The notes: a model not told the origin generated them from the letters alone. A stretch of DNA of 64,000 nucleotides from an uncultured Chthonomonadaceae bacterium (GCA_963835065.1 CAWIEK010000037.1:96001-160000), one strand, 5' to 3'. Positions 1 through 10,109 are shown, counted from the stretch's first letter. A program made the numbers and translations.

Positions 1-365
1 AGGAAGAAGCCAGTTACCGGCGCGTTTCCGCCCAAGAGGTGAAAACCTATTCCGAACAAATCGGACATACGCTGGATGCGGATGCGGACGTTGATCAGCT
101 TGGTACGGGCGGATGGCCGGGAATCGCGGATGCGACACATGCGGAAAAACAAGCCGCTCTTGGCAGTCCTGATCAGCCGATAGGCGTGAATTATTTGATG
201 TGTGATAGCTGTCAGGACTTCTTTTCCAAACACGCGCTGTACACCCAACGAGTTCAGTATGTGGCTGATCCGAAGGTAACGCGCATTTTCTACCCGGATG
301 GAACGGGCAGAGTAATACCGCATTCTGGCGCAATCACGATGTGGATTAATCTTTATGTGGCGTGA
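1..365 (+). CDS. C-terminal deaminase-fold toxin domain of a polymorphic toxin (5' partial)
   Basis: Frame is open back to position 3. HAE motif followed by MCDSC (Zn-dependent deaminase HxE...CxxC). Directly followed by an immunity-type gene. Confidence 0.65.
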   Translation, partial: EEASYRRVSAQEVKTYSEQIGHTLDADADVDQLGTGGWPGIADATHAEKQAALGSPDQPIGVNYLMCDSCQDFFSKHALYTQRVQYVADPKVTRIFYPDGTGRVIPHSGAITMWINLYVA

Positions 366-414
366 TTGAGTAGCCGGCAATTCGGCTGAATATTGTGAGC
401 AGTGACAAATTCGC

Positions 415-1080
415 ATGGCGCTCTTGGAAACATCAACTTCATTGCCGATACAACTCGCGCAGGCAATTCAAGCGGCGGAACATGCGCTGGAGTGTCAGCC
501 GCAGGGGCACTTGCCTTTGTGTGTGCGCCGACGAATCGAGATGGAATTGGGGCCGGTACAGTTAGCTTACGATGGAACCCCATACGGTATTGGCTGGCAG
601 AGGCGGGTTCATCTTGCTATTTTGAGCGTACATCGCGTTCAGCCGATTTGGGAAGCCGCGCTTCCGAGTAATGATGGAGTGGAGCGCATGATTCAGTTGG
701 CTCAGGCTATTGTTGCTGACCATATTGACGCGCTTGACGCTAATCAGCAGATGGGCGACTTTTGGACGCAGGCAGATAACTGCCGCAGTCAATTGCGAAG
801 ACGAACGGGCAATTCTGCCCCTGCCTGCGCGGGACATGCGGCGGCGGCGGCGGTGGCAGTGGCGTTGGCGGATAAAAAAGCGGTTGACTGCGCTTCCGGC
901 GAGGACGACGAAACCAACAGCTATTATGATTGGGATGTGAGTTATTTTGCCAGCATTGCGTATGCGGGCGGCGGGCTTTCCAATTCTAATGCCGACATAG
1001 AAAAACGGCGCGAGTTCTGGAAATGGTACTTGCAGGAAGCTGTTCCTGATGCTTACCTTTTCGTATCCGGCGCGTCTTAA
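415..1080 (+). CDS. Imm5-like immunity protein
   Basis: LPLCVRRRI, RRVHLA..VQPIWE, WDVSYFASIAYAGG and C-terminal KRREFWKWYLQEAVP match my recollection of the Imm5 family; sits right after the toxin. Confidence 0.7.
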   Translation: MALLETSTSLPIQLAQAIQAAEHALECQPQGHLPLCVRRRIEMELGPVQLAYDGTPYGIGWQRRVHLAILSVHRVQPIWEAALPSNDGVERMIQLAQAIVADHIDALDANQQMGDFWTQADNCRSQLRRRTGNSAPACAGHAAAAAVAVALADKKAVDCASGEDDETNSYYDWDVSYFASIAYAGGGLSNSNADIEKRREFWKWYLQEAVPDAYLFVSGAS

Positions 1081-1141
1081 TAAGGAAGCCGGGGCGCAGG
1101 GCTGACAGCCAATTTGAATACTTTGGAAGAGTAAAGAAGAA

Positions 1142-2425
1142 ATGCCGGATTTTACTTATCAAGCAATGGACAAGGCAGGCAAGGCGATGACGGGCACGAT
1201 TGCCGCCCGTGACAGCCAGGAAGCCGCCGTTAAGGTGCGCGCATTGGGCGTGTACCCGACGAAAATCGCGACGGGGGGTGGCAAAGCCCTTTCCAACGGC
1301 AGCAGCAACGGCACGAGTGCCGCGCTGAACGGCAAACAAAAGGCTGGGACTTCAGCCACTGCCGCCGCGCCCGCCGCTCCCAAAGGCAAGAAGATTACGC
1401 GCGTTCAAATACTGCTGTTCACGCGGGAAATGTCGGATCTGCTGGAAGCCGGGCTGCCGATGGATCGCGCGTTTTCCGTGCTGATTGACCAGACGGACAG
1501 CGACTCGCTTCGCGCCATGCTGATGGCGATGCAGGGCGACATTCGCGCCGGGCAGCCGCTTTCGGACGCGCTGAAAAAGTTTCCGCGCGAGTTTACCGGA
1601 CTGTACGCCAACATGGTTCACGCGGGCGAAGTATCGGGGCAGCTTGCCAGCGTGATGACGCGGCTTGCCGACTTCATGGAAAAAGAGCAGGTACGCCGCA
1701 GTCAGGTCATGGCCGCGCTCACGTATCCTCTGGTGCTTATCGGCGTGGCGGTTCTGGCGGTGACGTTTTTGCTGGTCTTTGTAATCCCGATGCTTTCGGG
1801 CGTGTTCAAGGATTTGGGCTCGAATTTGCCGATTACGACCGTAATTCTGCTGGCGCTGTCGGGTTTTCTCAAGTCGTACTGGTATCTGGTGATTATGATC
1901 ATTGCGGGCATCGTGTTCGGTTTCCGTACCTGGGTACGTAGCCCAAGCGGGGAGCGGACATTTGACAATGCGCGCATGAAAATGCCGCTCTTCGGCGTAC
2001 TGGTGCAAAAGATCGTCGCGGCGCGGCTTGTCCGAACATTGGGAACGCTGCTGGGCGGCGGCGTGCCAATCTTGGAATCGATGGAAATCGCCGCTTCCGC
2101 TTTGGGCAATGTCGTGGCGATGGAAGCCCTGCTTGCCGCTCGGGGCGGGGTGCGGCAGGGCGAGACGCTGCACGAATCTATGGAGAAAACCGGGACGTTT
2201 TTGCCGCTCGTGATGCACATGACGGCGGTTGGCGAGGAAACCGGGCGATTGCCCAACATGCTGCTGCGCACGGCAGATACGCTGGACTTTGAAGTGGACA
2301 ACGCCATGCGCCGCATGACAAGCCTGGTGGAACCGCTTGTCGTGCTGCTGATGGGCGGCTTTGTGGGCTTCATCGTGCTTTCCATTCTGCTGCCGATCTT
2401 CAAGGCCAGTACCCTTGCCAAGTAG
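1142..2425 (+). CDS. gspF: Type II secretion inner-membrane platform protein GspF/PilC
   Basis: MPDFTYQAMDKAG N-terminus, AGEVSG, LTYP, VGEETG, LVEP motifs and three TM segments. Confidence 0.92.
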   Translation: MPDFTYQAMDKAGKAMTGTIAARDSQEAAVKVRALGVYPTKIATGGGKALSNGSSNGTSAALNGKQKAGTSATAAAPAAPKGKKITRVQILLFTREMSDLLEAGLPMDRAFSVLIDQTDSDSLRAMLMAMQGDIRAGQPLSDALKKFPREFTGLYANMVHAGEVSGQLASVMTRLADFMEKEQVRRSQVMAALTYPLVLIGVAVLAVTFLLVFVIPMLSGVFKDLGSNLPITTVILLALSGFLKSYWYLVIMIIAGIVFGFRTWVRSPSGERTFDNARMKMPLFGVLVQKIVAARLVRTLGTLLGGGVPILESMEIAASALGNVVAMEALLAARGGVRQGETLHESMEKTGTFLPLVMHMTAVGEETGRLPNMLLRTADTLDFEVDNAMRRMTSLVEPLVVLLMGGFVGFIVLSILLPIFKASTLAK

Positions 2426-2587
2426 ATTTTGATAAGCTGGCTGTGATTGTGAATTGCGAGTGGCGGATGCCGCTGTTGTCCGGGAACATAGGACCGGAAG
2501 AAACGCGCTTTAGCATTGGAAACATTGCTGTTACCGGTTCCTTGTCTGAGAACCAAAGGAGATTTCGGATTGAAAATCCATACCCCC

Positions 2588-3031
2588 ATGATACATGGCC
2601 GCGCCACGCAGTCGCGCCGCCGGCAGGGTTTTACCCTGATTGAGATTCTCGTTGTCGTCGTCATCATCGCGGTGCTGGCAGCGGTTGTCGTGCCCAACGT
2701 TATTGGCCGCATCAAGGACGCCAAACAGTCCGCCGCGATTGCCAACATCAAGTCGTTCGACAACGCTATTGACCAGTTCAAGCTGGATACGGGTTCTGAC
2801 CCGGCCACGCTGGATGCGCTGACCACAAATCCCGGTACGCCCAAATGGAACGGTCCCTACTTCAAAGGAGCCAATTCGATTCCGTTGGATCCCTGGGAAC
2901 ATCCCTACCTTTACAAAATTCCCGGCGACAATGGCCGAGACTATGACATCAGTTCCGCCGGCCCCGACGGGCAGCCCGGCACTGCCGACGACATCAAAAG
3001 TTGGGACCTGACGGGAACCGGTGCGAAATAG
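2588..3031 (+). CDS. gspG: Major pseudopilin GspG
   Basis: G|FTLIE prepilin site, WNGPY, PLDPW and SAGPDGQPGTADDI motifs. Start trimmed to ATG 2588. Confidence 0.9.
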   Translation: MIHGRATQSRRRQGFTLIEILVVVVIIAVLAAVVVPNVIGRIKDAKQSAAIANIKSFDNAIDQFKLDTGSDPATLDALTTNPGTPKWNGPYFKGANSIPLDPWEHPYLYKIPGDNGRDYDISSAGPDGQPGTADDIKSWDLTGTGAK

Positions 3032-3039
3032 GACAACTA

Positions 3040-3160
3040 AGGTTTCAGGTTTCAGGGTTCAGGTTTCAGGGAGGAATAACCAGATTATCCTTCCTGCTTA
3101 CCAGACATAGAGAATGAATGAAGGCTTGACCTGAAACCTGAAACCTGAAACCTGAAACCT
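3040..3160. repeat. Inverted heptamer doublet (GGTTTCA)n ... (TGAAACC)n
   Basis: About 4 units at 3040-3070 and 4 complementary units at 3130-3160, between gspG and gspH. Confidence 0.9.
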
Positions 3161-3167
3161 AATCCCT

Positions 3168-3722
3168 ATGAACAAAGGCTTTACCCTAATTGAAATGGTC
3201 GTCGTTATCATCATCGTGGCGGTGATGACGAGCATCGTTGTGCCGGCGTATGCGCGGTTTTATGCGCGGGCGAGCTTCGATGGGCAGGTGCGCCAGGTGC
3301 AGGATGCGTTTGCGTATGCGCGGGAACAGGCACTGGAGCGGGATGCCACCGTGACGCTGGAATTCAGCCCGCAGACGGAAAGTTTCGATATTACGCTGCA
3401 GCCGCCCACGCCGCCCACCGATCAGCCCACGGCGTATGCCAACGCCAACGTGGATACCTCGACGTTTGCTTTGTCGCACACGGTTCAACTGGACAGTTCG
3501 GTTGGCGTTGTTGGATTTACCGCTACCGATACCAGTCAGGGCATCGTACCCGGCGGTTCGACAGGAAATGCAAACAGTAATCGGGGAGCGACAACGGTGT
3601 CTTTCCGCGCGGACGGCACTTCGGATGGCGCGCAATTGACCGTTGTCAGCGCCCAAAATCCCTATTCCGCGCATCTGACGCTGCATCCCGCCAACGCCCG
3701 CCTGACTCTGGACGAAAATTAA
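3168..3722 (+). CDS. gspH: Minor pseudopilin GspH/FimT-like
   Basis: MNKG|FTLIEM N-methylation site, AREQA, FRADGTS; position after gspG. Confidence 0.75.
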   Translation: MNKGFTLIEMVVVIIIVAVMTSIVVPAYARFYARASFDGQVRQVQDAFAYAREQALERDATVTLEFSPQTESFDITLQPPTPPTDQPTAYANANVDTSTFALSHTVQLDSSVGVVGFTATDTSQGIVPGGSTGNANSNRGATTVSFRADGTSDGAQLTVVSAQNPYSAHLTLHPANARLTLDEN

Positions 3723-3742
3723 TCCGCCGGGAAGATAAAACT

Positions 3743-4300
3743 ATGCGCCACATTGTTAGAAAAGGAGAAAAGGAGAAAAGGAGAAAAGGAGAAAATGGCA
3801 AGGATTTTCTTGTCTCCCTGTCTCCTCGTCTCTTCTTTTCCCCCTCTCGTTCCCGGCGTCGGGCGCAAGCCGGGTTTACGCTGGTCGAGATGATTGTGGC
3901 GACGGTTTTGCTGGCGATAGGCGTGGTTGCCACGCTGGGAGCCATTCACGCGGCTGCGACAACCACGCTGGCGGCGGAGGGCGCGCAAACTTCAGCGCTG
4001 CTGGCCCAAAAGCAGATCACGCAACTGCAATTACAGCCCAACCAAATATCGGGCGGCGACCAGTCGGGTGATTTCGGCGAGGAGTATCCCGGCTACAGTT
4101 TTCAGCAGAGCGTAGAAGCGACGGATTACCAGAATTTGTTCAAAGTGACCGTGACCATCAGTTGGGGAGGCAATAATAACCCGCACAAGCGCGAATACGT
4201 CACCTATCTCAGCAACGGCCAACTGGTTACAAACCCCAACGGCGTTACTCCCGGCAGCACAACGACAACCGGAACGCAGGGAGGCGCCAGTGGCAAGTAA
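3743..4300 (+). CDS. gspI: Minor pseudopilin GspI-like with repeat-expanded leader
   Basis: AG|FTLVEM, SGDFGEEYPGY, LFKVTVTISW. The leader contains (AGAAAAGG)n and a CT-rich arm. Confidence 0.7.
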   Translation: MRHIVRKGEKEKRRKGENGKDFLVSLSPRLFFSPSRSRRRAQAGFTLVEMIVATVLLAIGVVATLGAIHAAATTTLAAEGAQTSALLAQKQITQLQLQPNQISGGDQSGDFGEEYPGYSFQQSVEATDYQNLFKVTVTISWGGNNNPHKREYVTYLSNGQLVTNPNGVTPGSTTTTGTQGGASGK

Positions 4301-5297
4301 GAACAGGGAACAGGGAACAGGGAACAGGGAACAGAATGTTTCCTTCATCCTTCATCCTTCATCCTTCATCCTTCGGCGCAGCGCATTTACCCTGCTGGAA
4401 GTGCTGGTGGCGCTGATTATTTTTGGGATCATTACGGTGGCGCTGTCTACCGCACTGTCTGGCGCGCTGCGGGCGCATGTTCTGGCGGAACAGCGGCAGG
4501 AAGACAGCGAAAACGTGCGCGGACTGTTCGCCATTCTTGGGCGGGATTTGCAGAGCGCGTATGGATCGAAGAACGATCCGAATTCCATATTTATCGCGGG
4601 TGGAAGTGGGCAAAGCGGCCAGAACAGCGCGGGCAATGCGCTGCTGACGCTGGCGACACAAACGCATCGGATTACCACGACGGACACGAATGTGGACCCC
4701 ACTGCAAATCAGGCGGGACTAGGTAAAGCGCCGGGATTGGGTTCGATCAATGGGACGCAGGGGAGTAACGACCCGCCGCAGCAGCCGCTGGAATTTGTAC
4801 GCTACGATCTCGATCCGCAGGCAGGCACACTGACGCGGCTGACGCAAACCGTGCCAAATCTGCAAACAATACAATCGGCTGCGCCCGGCCCGGAAAACAT
4901 CATTGCCGGGAATATCGTCAGCCTGACCCTGCAATACTGGGACCCGTATCAGCAAAACTGGCGCGACAGTTGGGATTTCGAGCAGCCGAACTTGCCCGAC
5001 CCCGCCACCGCCGCGCAAACGATGGGCTTTCCGCAATCTACGACGAGTACGTCCGGGCAAAGCAGCGCGACATCGGCGAGTGGAACCACGACGGGAACGG
5101 GAAGCGGAGACATTGGATTGCCGTCCGCCGTGCAGATCATGGTAGTGCTGCGCAGCAGCAACGGCTCCCCGAAAAGTTATTCGATGATTCTGCCCATTGT
5201 GTCGCATGACCTGCAAGATTATCCCTACATGGGCGGACAGCAAATGGACCCGAACGCGCCGCCCGCGACAACTGGAACTACGGGAACAGGCGGTTAG
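4290..5297 (+). CDS. gspJ: Minor pseudopilin GspJ-like with repeat-expanded leader
   Basis: GTG start after GGAGG; SA|FTLLEV, RDLQSA, WRDSWD, LPSAVQI motifs. The leader is encoded by (GGGAACA)n + (CATCCTT)n. Confidence 0.75.
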   Translation: MASKNREQGTGNREQNVSFILHPSSFILRRSAFTLLEVLVALIIFGIITVALSTALSGALRAHVLAEQRQEDSENVRGLFAILGRDLQSAYGSKNDPNSIFIAGGSGQSGQNSAGNALLTLATQTHRITTTDTNVDPTANQAGLGKAPGLGSINGTQGSNDPPQQPLEFVRYDLDPQAGTLTRLTQTVPNLQTIQSAAPGPENIIAGNIVSLTLQYWDPYQQNWRDSWDFEQPNLPDPATAAQTMGFPQSTTSTSGQSSATSASGTTTGTGSGDIGLPSAVQIMVVLRSSNGSPKSYSMILPIVSHDLQDYPYMGGQQMDPNAPPATTGTTGTGG

Positions 5298-5397
5298 CAG
5301 AACAGTTTTCAAGCGGTATATTTTGCCGATAGCCGCAAACATCCTGTCACGGTGTTGGCAGTTCTGAGTTCAGAACTGAAGCAAAGATAAAAATCGC

Positions 5398-7356
5398 ATG
5401 GGTAACTTTGTACCAAAAACAGCATATCGTTCAAGTCCGCTGTGGCGCAAACCGCGTCAAAGACGCCTTCATGCCGTCCCGGTTGTTATGCTGCGGGCTG
5501 ACGGGCAGGCGCTTATTCCTGTCATTTTCGTGATGCTGATTTTGACCGTTGTGGGCGTGTCCTTCGGCGTCTCGGCGCACCGCAATGCGCAGGCCAGCGG
5601 CAATTACGTCAACCAACTCCAGCGCTATTATGTGGCGCTCGGCGCAATGAACTATGCCATGAGCGCGCTGGCGGAAACCAGCAACAACGGCTCCACGTAT
5701 GGCATCGTGCCGCCCCTGCCCGACACCGACTCGAATGGTTGGGCGCAGGTTGGCGATGCGTGGGTCAAGATTGATGTGATAGATACAGGCGCGTTCCTGA
5801 ACTTAAACAGCGTGACGCTGGCGAATTTACAGCGTATGCCGGTTTTTCGAGATAACCCCGATCTGGCGAATGCGGTCATAGCATGGCGAACCAGCGCGAC
5901 TGCAACGACGGGAGCCACAGGGTCTACAGGCGGAGCATCCGGCGCGTCCTCCTCGTCGGGCACGGCTGCAGGCGACGATCCCTACCAGAGCCTTTCACAA
6001 CCGTACACGCTGAAAGCCGCGCCCTATGATACGGTTGAAGAGCTGTTGCTGGTGCAGGGAATGACGCCCACGCTGCTGTATGGCAACGCTGCCGGCTCGC
6101 CCATTTCCGCATCCGATACGGAAACCGACTCCGCCAATGGCGTAACCTCAACGACTATAAATTCCGGCTCCGGTTCTACGGGCACTTCCTCTACCGGCAG
6201 GGCGGCGGCGCGTTCGCGGGGCGCGAAACTGTCCCGGCAAGGCGGTCTTGGAACGGTCTCTTCTGCAGGTGGCACGGGTGGAACCGGGGGTACGGGAGGC
6301 GCAGGAGGAACGGGCGGCGCGGCGGGCGCAGGCGGAACCGCTGCCGCCGCCGCTGAAGATTTCAGCGACATTTACACCGATAGCAAGGTTGTGCTGGCGC
6401 AGTTGTTTACGACGGTATCCCGCGAGCGCAACGTCGCTTCGGATGGCAACCCGCGCATCAACGTCAATACGGCCACCGCGCAGGATTTTCAGGATCAGCT
6501 TGGCTTAACGGCGGCGCAGGCCAATGGTCTTATCCGCTTTCGCACTCCGCAAACAACGGGGACAGGCGCGCAGGGCGGCGCAGGTAATACCGGTGGGGCT
6601 ACTCGCCCCCCTGCGGCAACAACTCCCAACCTGCGCAGCGCCTATGATCCGCTCGATGCATTGGACGTGACCCGGCAGGCGGCAGCCGGAGCCGGGGGAA
6701 CAGGCACAGCGCGTCCACCCACAACCGGCGCAACAGGCGGTACGGGTGGGGCAGGTGGTGGAACTGGCGCTGGTACAGGTGGTGGAACCGGCGGCGCAGG
6801 CGGCGCGAAAACCGGCAGTGGGGGAGCAGCGCAGGCGCAGTCCTTTAAAACTATCGCGGATTTGCTGGAAGTGACGACATTTACGCGCACCGTGATGCAG
6901 CGCGTGGCGGACAAACTCAGCGTGGATGATAAGGTTTTTCATGAAAACCTGGTCAACATCAACACCGCGCCCGCCGAGGTGCTGGCAACCGTGCCCGGCA
7001 TGACCCACAACATTCTGAACGCGATTTTGAATTACCGGCAGAACGGGACGTATTTTCAGGATTTAGGCGACTTCTTTGCCTTGCAGGATTTGCAGCGCAC
7101 GGATTTTCAAGCCGTCGTCGCTTCGCTGACAACGAAAACCTCCACCTACTACGTGCATATTAAAGTGCGTACAGGGGAACAGCAAAGCGCGTATGCGGTT
7201 TCCGCCCTGGTGGAAATGACGGATAATGGCCCGCATGTGCTGCAATGGCGGGAAGTGCCGCGCGTTCCCGGCTGGTCTACCTGGCTCAAGCCGCCCACGC
7301 TGCCCACGCCCACATTGGGACAAAACAGTTCCGGCAGTTCGAGCAGCGCACAGTAA
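5398..7356 (+). CDS. gspK: GspK-like pseudopilin with helix-hairpin-helix motifs and Gly/Thr/Ala low-complexity inserts
   Basis: GQALIPVIFVM, LNLN, APYDTVEELLLVQGMT, INVNTAT and VNINTAPAEVL motifs. Confidence 0.8.
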   Translation: MGNFVPKTAYRSSPLWRKPRQRRLHAVPVVMLRADGQALIPVIFVMLILTVVGVSFGVSAHRNAQASGNYVNQLQRYYVALGAMNYAMSALAETSNNGSTYGIVPPLPDTDSNGWAQVGDAWVKIDVIDTGAFLNLNSVTLANLQRMPVFRDNPDLANAVIAWRTSATATTGATGSTGGASGASSSSGTAAGDDPYQSLSQPYTLKAAPYDTVEELLLVQGMTPTLLYGNAAGSPISASDTETDSANGVTSTTINSGSGSTGTSSTGRAAARSRGAKLSRQGGLGTVSSAGGTGGTGGTGGAGGTGGAAGAGGTAAAAAEDFSDIYTDSKVVLAQLFTTVSRERNVASDGNPRINVNTATAQDFQDQLGLTAAQANGLIRFRTPQTTGTGAQGGAGNTGGATRPPAATTPNLRSAYDPLDALDVTRQAAAGAGGTGTARPPTTGATGGTGGAGGGTGAGTGGGTGGAGGAKTGSGGAAQAQSFKTIADLLEVTTFTRTVMQRVADKLSVDDKVFHENLVNINTAPAEVLATVPGMTHNILNAILNYRQNGTYFQDLGDFFALQDLQRTDFQAVVASLTTKTSTYYVHIKVRTGEQQSAYAVSALVEMTDNGPHVLQWREVPRVPGWSTWLKPPTLPTPTLGQNSSGSSSSAQ

Positions 7357-7363
7357 GAGAATA

Positions 7364-7433
7364 AGTGATGAATGTTGAGTGATGAATGATAAATAGGACG
7401 CTTATTCATCATTCATTATTCATCACTCAGCAT
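7364..7433. repeat. Inverted heptamer doublet (GATGAAT/GTGATGA)n ... (TTCATCA)n
   Basis: Degenerate arms at 7364-7394 and 7403-7433, between gspK and pilM. Confidence 0.75.
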
Positions 7434-7469
7434 TTTTATCCATACCCTTATGTTTTGAAGGAGTTTCGG

Positions 7470-10109
7470 ATGCGTACTAATACTTCCGCCCGGAGCGCTG
7501 CCTCGACGACGATTGCCGTTGATCTTGGGGCGACTGCCGTGCGCGTCGTGGAAATGGATTTCGATGGGGGTGGCACGGCGCGTCTGACGCGGCGGGGCGT
7601 CGCGCCGATTCCTCCCGGAACGTGGAATGATCTCAGCACGAACCGTGACGCCATGAGCGGGGCGATTACGCAGGCGTTATCGGCGGCGGGTATCGTAGGA
7701 AGATCGGTAGTTGCCTGCCTGCCGCGCCGCCTGGTGACGATGCGGTTTGTGCGCCTGCCCAACGCCCCCCCGGAACAGATGCGGGGCATGGTGGAGTTGG
7801 AAGCGCAGGAGTATGTATTATTCCCGCTCGACGATGTGATTCTCGATTACCATGTTATCGTCAATCCGAACGCGAACGTAATGGGCGGCGATGACATGAA
7901 CACCGTTCTGCTGGCGGCGGCGCGGCGTTCGCTAATCAATGACGTGATGGCCGTATTCGACCGGGCGGGGCTGGAACTGCTGCAATTGTCCGTGTCGGCG
8001 CTCGCGCTTGCAGAAAATGCCCGCGACAGCCTGGAACCCACCGCGCTGATTGACGTGGAACCCGGCGAATTGGATGTGGCGGTAATCGCGGACGGGCAAT
8101 TGCTGTTTACCCGCGCTTCCGCGCTGGATATTGGCGGGGTGCGCCCGGAAGTGGCCGAGCGGCGTATCGTGGAAGAAGTGATGCGCTCGTTTACGGCCTA
8201 CCAGAACGAGTTTCGTCAGCGCCCCATCGCGCATGTCACCATCGGGGGGGAAAGCGCGACGGGCGGGGCGGCGGAAGCTTTGTCCAGCGCTCTGACGGAC
8301 ATGCTGGAAATGCCTGTCGCGCCGCTTGCGCCGCGTGGCGTTCCCGCCGGGGATGCGGAAGGCCGCGCGTGGGCAACAGCTATTGGCATGACCCTGCAAT
8401 CTCGCGTGGGCAGTATCGCGCCCATCAGCCTGGTTCCCAACGAGCGCGCGATGCGCAAAGCAAATCAGGCAAAACTACAGCGTAAGCGCCTGATGGCGCT
8501 TGCCGGTGCGGCGGCGGCAGTGGGGGTACTGTGGGTTGGCTCAAAAGCCTACGCTGAGGCGCAAAAGACTGCCGCCTTAACGCGGGAAGAAAACGCGGGG
8601 CTGCAGGACATTACCGAGCGCCTGACCAAACTCAAAACACAGCATGACAAAGTTCAGGCGGTTTACGATGAGGTCGGCAATGGCCTGGATCGCAACCATC
8701 CCGCCGTAGATGTGGTGACGGCGCTCAATGCGGCCCTGCCCGCAGCGGCGGACATCTGGCTGACGCAGTTTCAATTCGAGCGGGGCGGCGCGCTGACGCT
8801 GCACGGCGAAACCAAGCGCGCGATGGCGGCTACGCAATTGGTACTGGCGCTGCAAAAATCCGGCGCGTTTACGGATGTTCGGCTGACGTATGTGGGCGAC
8901 TCGCAGGAAAACTCGCCCACGCAAACACCGGCTCCCGCGCCCGCTCCTGTCCCGGCAGCCCCGGTGACAACGACGGCAGCGTCCACGACGCCAACCGTGC
9001 CGACGCTTCCCGCGCCCGCTTCCTTCGGCGGATTTCCCGGCGGCAATCGGGGCGGCTTCAATCCTGGCGGCGCGGGCGCGAACCCCGGTGGCAATGCGCA
9101 GACGCCGGTGATTATCACCCCGACCAATGGAGCCGCCTTCACGCCTCCGAACGGCGGGAACTTCGGACCGCGCAATCGAGGCGCGTTTACGCCGCCAAAC
9201 GGGGGAGGATTTACGCCGAACGGCACACCCAATTTCCCCACAGGCGGGGGAGCGACTCCCGGCAACGCGCCTGCCCCAGTCTTTCCGGGCAATGCCCCGG
9301 ACCAACCCGCAATTCCCATTCCTTCGCCCAATCCTCCACCCGGCGGCGCCTCCGCTGCGGGGAGTAACGGAACACGCCAGGCAAGCCTGCAAACTAAGTC
9401 GGGGCATTTGGTATTAGCAGGCTGGCAGCAGGATAACGGCGGCAATGGCAACGGCGGTAACGGCGGCTTCGACCCTAACGCCAATAACGGCAATGGCGGA
9501 AACAACGGAGGCGGCAGGCGTAACCGCCGCAATCGCGGGGGAAATAACGGCGGCAACTTCAACGGCGGTAACGTTGACCCCAACGGCAACAACAACGGCA
9601 ACGGAAACAACGGTAATAACGGCAACAATGGCAACGGCAACACGAACACCACTGGGCCTACGTACAGCAATGGCAGCATTTACGGAGCCGCGCCCACCAA
9701 TCCTTTCGCCAATGGACAAATTGGCGGCAACGGCAATGGAAACGGGAACGGCAATGGCAATGGCAATCCCGGCGGCGGGTTCAACAGGAGATTCAATAGA
9801 GGGGGTGGGGGCAACGGCACGGTTCCTTCCGTCAGCGCGCCGGCAGGAGGCATTCAGCGCGAGCGCGTCATTCGCAGAAACGTTCCGATTGTCCGCCCGA
9901 AAGTGAATTCACCGAAACAAACCCTCACGAGCTTCGTCATTACTTGTCGAGTGAACATGAAGCGCGCGGATTTGATTCCCGCCGGCGCGACGGTATCTGC
10001 CCCTGACACCAAGCCGAATACGGCCCCTCGCGCGACGAAAACTACCCGGCGCGCGGGCAGCGCGAACAATGCCATACAGAATGGGGGCGACGATGCAGAC
10101 AATGAGTAA
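7470..10109 (+). CDS. PilM (actin-like) - TM - PilN-like fusion (GspL-like) with a long Pro/Gly/Asn low-complexity insert
   Basis: IAVDLGATAVRVV, FPLDDVILDY, ALIDVE, IGGES (PilM); then a TM segment, coiled coil and DIWLTQF..LTLHGET (PilN). AAGGAG precedes ATG 7470. Confidence 0.75.
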   Translation: MRTNTSARSAASTTIAVDLGATAVRVVEMDFDGGGTARLTRRGVAPIPPGTWNDLSTNRDAMSGAITQALSAAGIVGRSVVACLPRRLVTMRFVRLPNAPPEQMRGMVELEAQEYVLFPLDDVILDYHVIVNPNANVMGGDDMNTVLLAAARRSLINDVMAVFDRAGLELLQLSVSALALAENARDSLEPTALIDVEPGELDVAVIADGQLLFTRASALDIGGVRPEVAERRIVEEVMRSFTAYQNEFRQRPIAHVTIGGESATGGAAEALSSALTDMLEMPVAPLAPRGVPAGDAEGRAWATAIGMTLQSRVGSIAPISLVPNERAMRKANQAKLQRKRLMALAGAAAAVGVLWVGSKAYAEAQKTAALTREENAGLQDITERLTKLKTQHDKVQAVYDEVGNGLDRNHPAVDVVTALNAALPAAADIWLTQFQFERGGALTLHGETKRAMAATQLVLALQKSGAFTDVRLTYVGDSQENSPTQTPAPAPAPVPAAPVTTTAASTTPTVPTLPAPASFGGFPGGNRGGFNPGGAGANPGGNAQTPVIITPTNGAAFTPPNGGNFGPRNRGAFTPPNGGGFTPNGTPNFPTGGGATPGNAPAPVFPGNAPDQPAIPIPSPNPPPGGASAAGSNGTRQASLQTKSGHLVLAGWQQDNGGNGNGGNGGFDPNANNGNGGNNGGGRRNRRNRGGNNGGNFNGGNVDPNGNNNGNGNNGNNGNNGNGNTNTTGPTYSNGSIYGAAPTNPFANGQIGGNGNGNGNGNGNGNPGGGFNRRFNRGGGGNGTVPSVSAPAGGIQRERVIRRNVPIVRPKVNSPKQTLTSFVITCRVNMKRADLIPAGATVSAPDTKPNTAPRATKTTRRAGSANNAIQNGGDDADNE

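Noticed and set aside
9430..9780. AAC/GGC-rich tract as a DGR template or variable repeat
   Set aside because: No reverse transcriptase and no paired adenine-variant copy; explained by Asn/Gly low-complexity coding.
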